From assembly GCF_036522015.1 (NCBI RefSeq), contig NZ_DATDGQ010000344.1, positions 1 to 56,205 of the forward strand: a stretch of DNA of 56,205 bases. The letters run 5' to 3'. This DNA comes from Candidatus Binatus sp. (GTDB lineage: Bacteria; Desulfobacterota; Binatia; Binatales; Binataceae). Position 1 is the stretch's first letter. Each line of letters begins with the position of its first letter. A program made the position numbers and the translations under genes. The notes beneath the pieces are model-generated. The model did no database searches. It was not told where the DNA came from and saw only the letters and a program-made list of their open reading frames with translations. This document shows, piece by piece, positions 49,954 through 56,205 of the stretch.

Positions 49954-51135
49954 GTGACCAGTTCATTGAATAGCTTGCGGACGTGCCGATTGCGAAATTG
50001 TGCGTTGTTGATAGCGGCGATTGCAATTTCCGGATGCGGAAAGATGAGCGGCCCCACCATCACCCCTCCTACCGTTACGGTCGCGACCCCGGTTACACAG
50101 GACGTCGCGGATCACCTCGACTTTACCGGCAACACGGTAGCGGTGGATTCTGTGACGCTGGTCGCCCGCGTCGAGGGTTATCTGGACAAGGTCCACTTTA
50201 CCGATGGAGCACTTGTAAAGAAGGGCGACCTGCTGTTCACGATTCAACAGCAACAATACAAGGATCAGTTACAACAGGCATTGGCGCAGGTCGCGACGCA
50301 AAAGGCAGCTCTATTCCATTCGACCACTGAGCTGGCTCGCTACAACGGCCTTGAAAAGCAGGGCGCTGCCACACAGACGGAAGTGGATCACTGGCAATAC
50401 GAGCGGGCGGCCGCGGCTGCCGGTCTCTCCAGTGCCCAGGCGCAGACCAGTCTGGACCGACTGAACCTTGGTTACACTGAAGTGCGCGCCCCTTTTGATG
50501 GCCAGATGGGACGTCACCTGGTAAATCCCGGCAACCTGGTTGGAGCTGGCACCAACACACAGCTAGCCGAGATCAACCGCGTCGATCCCATGTACGTCTA
50601 TTTCACGGTTGCAGAAACTGAACTGCTCAAGATTCGCCGGCGCATGAAACAACCTTCTGGCGGCGAACTCCCGTCGCAGCCCATCCCGTTCTACTTCGGC
50701 CTCACGGATGAGGAAGGCTATCCGCATCATGGGACACTCGACTTCGCTTCACTCAGCGTCGCGCCGACCACGGGCACACTGCAGTTGCGAGGCATCTTTT
50801 CCAATCCGGGTTCGTTGATAGTTCCCGGCTTGTTCGTACGGGTCAGAGTGGTCTCGCCCGAGAAGCATCCGGCTCTGCTGATCCCGGCCACTGCCGTGAG
50901 CTTCGATGAGCAGGGCGAGTACGTCCTGATTGTAGATAGCCAGAACATCGTTCGGCGCAAAAGCGTAAAGACTGGCACTGAGCTCGGTCAGCAATTCGTG
51001 ATTGATGAAGGCTTGGGTCCCCAGGATAAGGTTGTTACCGAAGGACTGCTGCAAGCTATTCCAGGGCGCGAAGTCAATCCCGAACTGCAATCCCAGGCAC
51101 AGCACAGGACGCCGGCCGTCACTAAGGCCAACTAA
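49954..51135 (+). CDS. RND periplasmic adaptor (MFP) lipoprotein
   Basis: GTG start. The lipobox is in LLIAAIAISGCG. VDSVTLVARVEGYLDKVHFTDGALVKKGDLLFTIQQQQY and YTEVRAPFDGQMG are present. TAATG overlap with the pump gene. Confidence 0.85.
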   Translation: MTSSLNSLRTCRLRNCALLIAAIAISGCGKMSGPTITPPTVTVATPVTQDVADHLDFTGNTVAVDSVTLVARVEGYLDKVHFTDGALVKKGDLLFTIQQQQYKDQLQQALAQVATQKAALFHSTTELARYNGLEKQGAATQTEVDHWQYERAAAAAGLSSAQAQTSLDRLNLGYTEVRAPFDGQMGRHLVNPGNLVGAGTNTQLAEINRVDPMYVYFTVAETELLKIRRRMKQPSGGELPSQPIPFYFGLTDEEGYPHHGTLDFASLSVAPTTGTLQLRGIFSNPGSLIVPGLFVRVRVVSPEKHPALLIPATAVSFDEQGEYVLIVDSQNIVRRKSVKTGTELGQQFVIDEGLGPQDKVVTEGLLQAIPGREVNPELQSQAQHRTPAVTKAN

Positions 51136-54100
51136 TGTCGAAGTTCTTTATTGAGCGGCCGGTCCTCGCGAACGTCTTCGCAATAGTCATCGTCCTGCTT
51201 GGGTTTGTCTGTCTCTATTCCCTGCCGGTCTCACAGTATCCGCCTATCGTGCCGCCGACGATCCAGGTAACCACGAACTATCCTGGATCCAGCGCCGAGA
51301 CTGTCGCCAAGACAGTGGGTGTACCGATCGAGCAGTCGGTTAATGGCGTGAAGAACGCGATCTACATGCAATCCACCAGCGGCAGCGATGGAAGTTATAC
51401 GCTGACCGTCTCCTTCACGATCGGGACCGATCTCGACACCTCGCTGGCGCTGGTCCAGAACGCGGTCAACGGATCGCTCTCGCAACTGCCTTCGCCCGTG
51501 AAGGATCAGGGGGTAAACGTCAAGGAAGTCACCACCAACATCCTGCTGATGGAGAGCCTTTACTCGGATGACAACCGCTTCGATGAGACCTTCCTGAGCA
51601 ACTATGCCACCATCAACCTGGTTAATCCTATCGCCCGTATTCCAGGGGTAGGTCAAGTCAAGGTTATAGGCGCCGGTGCCTATAGCATGAGGGTCTGGCT
51701 CGATCCCGATAAGCTCAAGACTTTCGGGCTGACCGTACTCGATGTACAGAACTCGATTCAGGCGCAGAACAACCAGGTCGCGTCGGGTCAGATCGGAGGG
51801 CCGCCGGTTCCATCGAACCAGATCTTCCAGTTCACGGTTAACACCCAGGGACGCCTGTCGGATCCGAAAGAGTTCGAAAACATCATTATCAAAAGTCGTC
51901 TCGCACCGTCACTGGTAGGAGAATCCGTTAACAGCGCCCAACCAAGCGAGACTGCGTCGATAGTGCGGCTCAAGGACGTTGCAAAGATCGAGATGAGCCA
52001 ACAGCAGTTCACGCTGTTTTCCAATCTGAGCGGAAAGAAGGCAGGCCATATAGCAATCTATGCACTGCCCGGCGCAAATTCGCTGCAGGTGGCCACCGCC
52101 GTGCGCGGGCTGATGGCGAAGATGAGCAGCACGTTCCCGGAAGGACTCAAATATACTCCGCTCTATGACACTACCGTTTTCATCGGTCAGGCAATTCACG
52201 CGGTGTATGTGACGCTCGGCGAGGCAGGCATCCTGGTTCTGATCGTCATCGTAATATTTCTTCAGAACTTCCGCGCGATGCTGGTTCCCGCCACGACTGT
52301 GCCGGTGACCATCATAGGCGCTTTCGCGGCGATGGCACTACTCGGTTTTTCGGTCAACTTGATGACTCTATTCGCCCTCATCCTGGCGATCGGAATCGTC
52401 GTGGATGATGCTATCGTCATCGTCGAGAACTGTACGCACTACATAGAAGAAGGACTGAGTCCCAAGGATTCGGCTATCAAGGCCATGGGTGAGCTCACCG
52501 GCCCGGTTCTTGGCGTCACTCTGGTTCTTACTTCAGTTTTCTTGCCGGCTTCCTTCCTGCCCGGTATCACCGGACAGATGTTTCGCCAGTTCGCGCTGGT
52601 GATCGCATCGACCGCACTTATCAGTGCTGCCAACGCACTCACGCTCAAGCCCACACAGTGTGCGCTTTATCTCAGACCCAAGCCTAAGGACTACAAACCC
52701 AACTGGTTTTACGACGAGTTTAATCGAGGATTTGTGGCAGTCCAGGATCGCTACATAGGACTTGTAAGCTGGATGGTCGCCCGTCCCTTCAAGATGGTGG
52801 CAGGGTTCTTCGCCGTGTTGTTCTTGGTCGGATTCGCCTTTTCGGTCTACCCGACGTCGCTATTGCCTCTCGAAGATCAGGGTTACTGCATAATCTCAGC
52901 TGAGCTTCCAGAAGGATCCGCCCAGCCCCGGGTAAGAGAGGTCTCCGATCGAATCAACGCAATATTGAAGGAGAGTCCCGGCATCAAGGGCTGGGTCACG
53001 ATGGGTGGATTCTCGGCGCTGGACTCCGCCAACGTTTCGAACTACGTCACCGTGTTCTGCGTCTACGATGCCTGGAACAAGCGTCCAGCAGGTCTGACCC
53101 AGGCCGGAATAATTAAAAGTATTCAGGAAAAGGTCCAGTCTATTCGTACAGCTTCATTCGATGTGATGCCTCCGTCTCCTATTCCTGGTTTGGGAACTGC
53201 GTTCGGCTTCCAGATGGTCGTCGAAGATCGCGCGAGCAATGGACTTCGCGAATTGCAGAAGGCGACTCACGTATTGCTCGATCGAGCGCAGAGCGTGGGT
53301 GGCTTTCTGCGTCTTGGCTTCACCACGTTCAGCGATGACAGCCCGCAGATTTATCTCAACATCGATCGAACAATGGCGGAGTCCCTGGGTGTTCCGGTCA
53401 ACGATGTTTCCGGGACGCTACAGACCTATCTCGGCTCGACCTACGTAAATCAGTTCAACAAGTTTAACCAGGCCTTTCAGGTCCGCGTTCAGGCCGAGGC
53501 CGACTATCGCCGCGCACTGGCCGACATACAAAATCTGAATGTAATGAACAAGGAAGGCCAGATGGTGCCGCTGGGTGCACTGGTTTCGGTTCGCAGAATG
53601 CTGGGCTCCGAGCTGGTCACGCGCTACAACCTTTATCCCGCTGCGATTCTGACCGGAATTCCGATGCCCTCGTATAGCTCGGGGCAGGCATTAAGCATGA
53701 TGGGTAAGTTCGCCGATGAAACGCTGCCCGCAGGCATGAGTTACGAATGGACCGGACTTGCCTATCAGGAAGAGCAAACGGGCAGTCAAGCCTATTTTAT
53801 CTTTGCATTATCGATCACGCTGGTTTATCTGGTTCTCGCGGCGCAATACGAGAGCTGGACCGATCCGATTGCAGTTATCCTGGTAGTACCGACTGCTCTG
53901 GTAGGTATCCTTGTCGCACTGGTCATCAGGAAGTTCCCGGTGGACCTCTATACGCAGATAGGACTGGTCCTGATGATTGCGCTGGCGGCGAAGAACGCGA
54001 TCCTCATCGTCGAGTTTGCGCGCGACCTTGCGGCGCAAGGGATGGGAACGGCCGAAGCCGCCGTGGAAGCAACCCGTCGGCGCTTCCGGCCAATTCTTAT

Positions 54101-54359
54101 GACCTCGCTCGCATTTATTCTCGGCGTGGTTCCGCTGTTGACCGCCACCGGTGCCGGCGCCGCGAGCCAGCAGTCACTGGGCACCGTAGTCTTCGGCGGA
54201 ATGCTCGCTTCGACTCTTCTTGCGATCCCTTTCGTGCCGGTTTTCTTTGTCTCCGTACGCCACATCTTCGGACCGCTATCAGCTCCTGCAGTGGCATCCG
54301 TCGCCCCGCGCAAGGAGCCAGTTGTACAGTCGAGTCGACGACCGAGTTCATCTCCATAG
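51135..54359 (+). CDS. Intact AcrB/MexB-type (HAE1) RND efflux pump
   Basis: 1074 aa, uninterrupted. MSKFFIERPVLANVFAIVIVLLG, SQYPPIVPPTIQV, LFALILAIGIVVDDAIVIVEN and AAKNAILIVEFA are present. Confidence 0.92.
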   Translation: MSKFFIERPVLANVFAIVIVLLGFVCLYSLPVSQYPPIVPPTIQVTTNYPGSSAETVAKTVGVPIEQSVNGVKNAIYMQSTSGSDGSYTLTVSFTIGTDLDTSLALVQNAVNGSLSQLPSPVKDQGVNVKEVTTNILLMESLYSDDNRFDETFLSNYATINLVNPIARIPGVGQVKVIGAGAYSMRVWLDPDKLKTFGLTVLDVQNSIQAQNNQVASGQIGGPPVPSNQIFQFTVNTQGRLSDPKEFENIIIKSRLAPSLVGESVNSAQPSETASIVRLKDVAKIEMSQQQFTLFSNLSGKKAGHIAIYALPGANSLQVATAVRGLMAKMSSTFPEGLKYTPLYDTTVFIGQAIHAVYVTLGEAGILVLIVIVIFLQNFRAMLVPATTVPVTIIGAFAAMALLGFSVNLMTLFALILAIGIVVDDAIVIVENCTHYIEEGLSPKDSAIKAMGELTGPVLGVTLVLTSVFLPASFLPGITGQMFRQFALVIASTALISAANALTLKPTQCALYLRPKPKDYKPNWFYDEFNRGFVAVQDRYIGLVSWMVARPFKMVAGFFAVLFLVGFAFSVYPTSLLPLEDQGYCIISAELPEGSAQPRVREVSDRINAILKESPGIKGWVTMGGFSALDSANVSNYVTVFCVYDAWNKRPAGLTQAGIIKSIQEKVQSIRTASFDVMPPSPIPGLGTAFGFQMVVEDRASNGLRELQKATHVLLDRAQSVGGFLRLGFTTFSDDSPQIYLNIDRTMAESLGVPVNDVSGTLQTYLGSTYVNQFNKFNQAFQVRVQAEADYRRALADIQNLNVMNKEGQMVPLGALVSVRRMLGSELVTRYNLYPAAILTGIPMPSYSSGQALSMMGKFADETLPAGMSYEWTGLAYQEEQTGSQAYFIFALSITLVYLVLAAQYESWTDPIAVILVVPTALVGILVALVIRKFPVDLYTQIGLVLMIALAAKNAILIVEFARDLAAQGMGTAEAAVEATRRRFRPILMTSLAFILGVVPLLTATGAGAASQQSLGTVVFGGMLASTLLAIPFVPVFFVSVRHIFGPLSAPAVASVAPRKEPVVQSSRRPSSSP

Positions 54360-54518
54360 ATTGACGCACTCCACACCGAAGGATCCTTCTATGATCTTTC
54401 GAGCGCGGCATCGTGTCGGACGGCACTGCCAGTTTTCGCAAACGAAAGGTGTCTGGCCGGTATTGGAGTTGACCCGGTTTCGTGGAGTGTGTTTGGCAGG
54501 AAGGCAAGGAGGAGAGCG

Positions 54519-54833
54519 ATGCCGAAAACACATCCACCCTACCCGGCCGAGTATCGGCGGCGGATGGTCGAACTGGCGCGCGCTGGGCGGTCGCTGAAGG
54601 AGTTGGCGCGTGAGTTCGAACCGTCGGTCGAGAGCATTCGGCAATGGGTCAGACAGGCGCAACTGGATATGGGAGAGCGCAGCGACGGACTGACCAGCAG
54701 TGAGCGGGAAGAACTGACGCGGCTTAGGCGCGAGAACCGGGTACTGCGCGAAGAGCGCGAGATTTTGTCAAAAGCCGCGGCCTGGTTCGCCACGGAGACC
54801 GGCTCAGTGCCGTCACGGCGTTCCAATTCGTGA
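54519..54833 (+). CDS. IS3-family transposase OrfA (HTH)
   Basis: ATG 54519 is preceded by AAGGAGG. MPKTHPPYPAEYRRRMVELARAGRSLKELAREFEPSVESIRQWVRQ. A leucine-zipper-like region ends ..REEREILSKAAAWFA. Confidence 0.88.
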   Translation: MPKTHPPYPAEYRRRMVELARAGRSLKELAREFEPSVESIRQWVRQAQLDMGERSDGLTSSEREELTRLRRENRVLREEREILSKAAAWFATETGSVPSRRSNS

Positions 54834-55849
54834 GTGCGAATCAGGCCATGCACGGGATTGCCACGATGTGCCGGGTGTTGGGAGTCTCCACCAGCGGCTA
54901 CTATGCGTGGCGTATACGGCCGCGCTCGGAGCGAGCGCGTGCCGACGCGGAACTGAGCCTGCAGATCCAGGCGGTTCATGAACGCTCGCGCGCAACCTAC
55001 GGCGCGCCGCGCATTCACGCCGAGCTGGCGGCGCAGGGCGTCCGCGTCGGTCGCAAGCGGGTCGCGCGGCTGATGGAGGTGGCCGGCATCTATGGCGTGA
55101 GCCGCCGCAAGTGGATCACCACCACCACGCGGGATCGCGCCGCGCGGCCCGCGCCAGATCTGGTCGAGCGCAACTTCAGCGCGGCGGGACCCGATCGGTT
55201 GTGGGTCGCCGATATCACTTACATTCCCACTTGGGCCGGCTTTCTGTATCTGGCCGTGGTGCTCGACGCGTTCAGCCGCAGAGTAGTCGGGTGGGCGATG
55301 GAAACTCATCTGCGCACGGAACTGGTGTTAGCGGCGCTCAATATGGCGCTCGCACAGCGCCGACCCGCGGCAGTGATTCATCACTCCGACCAGGGCTGCC
55401 AGTACACCTCGCTCGCCTTCGGCCAACGCTGCCACGAGGCGGGACTGCGACCCTCCATGGGCTCGGTGGGCGACTGTTTCGATAACGCGATGTGCGAGAG
55501 CTTTTTCGCCACTCTGGAATGTGAGCTGCTCGAGCGCCGCCGGTTCAAGACCCAGGTCGAGGCGCGGATGGCAACCTTCGACTTCATCGAGGGCTGGTAC
55601 AATCCGCGTCGCCGCCACTCCGCGCTCGGCTACCAGTCGCCGATCGATTACGAACGCTTCTATGCAGACGACGCAAACCAAACCTTGAGGTGCGCGGCCG
55701 CCACACGCACCGCTGGGCCGCCGAAAAACACGGCGGCCGGCGCGGTGCACGGCGTCGCAGCCGCGGATCCAAAACCTTTAAGCTTTCCGGCCTCACCCTC
55801 AGTGCAAATGAAGGGTGAGGCCGAAAAGCTGGAATCAGACCCACACTAA
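54830..55849 (+). CDS. IS3-family transposase OrfB (DDE/RNase-H fold), probably expressed as an OrfAB -1 frameshift fusion
   Basis: MCRVLGVSTSGYYAWR, WVADITYIPT (D), HHSDQGCQYTS (D) and DNAMCESFFATLECE (E) are present. The -1 frame is open back to at least 54740. An A-AAA-G run (TCAAAAGCC, 54769-54776) lies in the overlap. Confidence 0.88.
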   Translation: MSANQAMHGIATMCRVLGVSTSGYYAWRIRPRSERARADAELSLQIQAVHERSRATYGAPRIHAELAAQGVRVGRKRVARLMEVAGIYGVSRRKWITTTTRDRAARPAPDLVERNFSAAGPDRLWVADITYIPTWAGFLYLAVVLDAFSRRVVGWAMETHLRTELVLAALNMALAQRRPAAVIHHSDQGCQYTSLAFGQRCHEAGLRPSMGSVGDCFDNAMCESFFATLECELLERRRFKTQVEARMATFDFIEGWYNPRRRHSALGYQSPIDYERFYADDANQTLRCAAATRTAGPPKNTAAGAVHGVAAADPKPLSFPASPSVQMKGEAEKLESDPH

Positions 55850-56205
55850 TGCGAATAGTCGGAGGCAGCCAAAACCATTAAACACCCAAGCCCAAAACTA
55901 TCCACCGAAACGGGGTAGCTCCAGGGTGGCGGAGGGAGTTGGGTTCGAACTCACAAGGGGCTTCGCTCCTGAGAGGGTGAGGGCCGATAGGTTGGCCTGA
56001 CGGGCGCGACAGCCCGTGACAAGCAGTCGGAGGGTTGCATCGTCACAAAGCTGCGAGCATCGCCGACGCGGACGGATACCGGCGACCGGTTCCCGGCCAA
56101 GCGCGACACCAGTGACGGAGTCCTCCCCTCCTTGGGGATTCGGAAAAGGGGGGCGTTACGCCGCGCATAAAACACGGGCCCAGAAGGAAGCCGACGAACC
56201 GTCAC

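Larger units (their letters stand above)
54464..55923 (+). mobile_element. Complete IS3-family insertion sequence (1460 bp)
   Basis: Imperfect terminal inverted repeats: TGGAGTTGACCCGGTTTCGTGGAGTGTGTTTGG (left), and the reverse complement of the right end TGGAGCTACCCCGTTTCGGTGGATAGTTTTGGG. orfA and orfB are in the 0/-1 arrangement. Flanking triplets differ (TAT vs GGG), so no target duplication is visible. Confidence 0.8.

Noticed and set aside
55927-56020. A complete tRNA or the tmRNA 3' domain on the minus strand.
   Set aside because: The T-stem pairs at only 3 of 5 positions (GTGAG/CCAAC). No complementary 5' acceptor strand lies at tRNA distance. The discriminator is G rather than the A expected for tmRNA. 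No plausible tag-peptide frame ending in ..AA was convincing. It is kept only as a tRNA-like fragment.
55960-56040. Resemblance to a TPP riboswitch (CTGAGA ... CCTGA-hairpin ... GGAGGG), or on the other strand to a cobalamin riboswitch (GGGAACCGGT..ATCCG).
   Set aside because: The core conserved elements are absent or out of order: ACCC pairing with GGGTG, the TAATACC-type loop, and the B12 box GCCACTG in the right order.

Overview
All calls come from reading the supplied ORF translations and the nucleotide sequence. No database search, HMM or RNA-folding program was run, so family names are motif-level recognitions and comparisons to E. coli or B. subtilis proteins are recalled from memory.

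The window is a G+C-rich chromosomal segment of a diderm bacterium, judged from tripartite RND pumps and many lipoprotein signal peptides.

**Left two thirds (1-45.5 kb): mostly housekeeping and metabolic genes**
- tandem vWA paralogues and an orphan HPt protein
- HdeD-like membrane protein
- class-B (B12-binding) radical SAM enzyme
- exported MsrA
- ZIP transporter
- cysK
- BisC/TorZ-type molybdoenzyme
- RcnR-like repressor with an atypical P1B ATPase
- phoU
- MaoC-like and CoA-transferase genes
- rhamnose catabolic cluster (kinase, aldolase/SDR fusion, RhaI-type isomerase)
- complete pqqABCDE operon
- a lower-GC alkB plus phosphoesterase islet
- GMC oxidoreductase
- cusCBA-type operon
- thiolase
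- TetR-MFP-RND operon

**Right end (45.5-55.9 kb): a mosaic mobile region next to tRNA-Ser(GGA)**
- large serine recombinase
- decayed DUF2924 gene
- IS1380-like transposase stub
- intact, lower-GC OMF-MFP-RND operon
- a complete IS3-family element

**Most unusual observations**
- Three in-frame TAG codons sit in two ancestral RND pump genes, and two frameshifts sit in the adjacent adaptor gene. TAG is a normal terminator elsewhere in the window, and an intact island-borne pump lies next door.
- An RcnR-fingerprint (H3-C35-H60-H64) repressor with two palindromic operators is paired with a P1B ATPase that lacks both the HMA domain and the CPx proline.
- The PqqA precursor is about twice the usual length.

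No CRISPR array, rRNA or recognisable defence system was seen.
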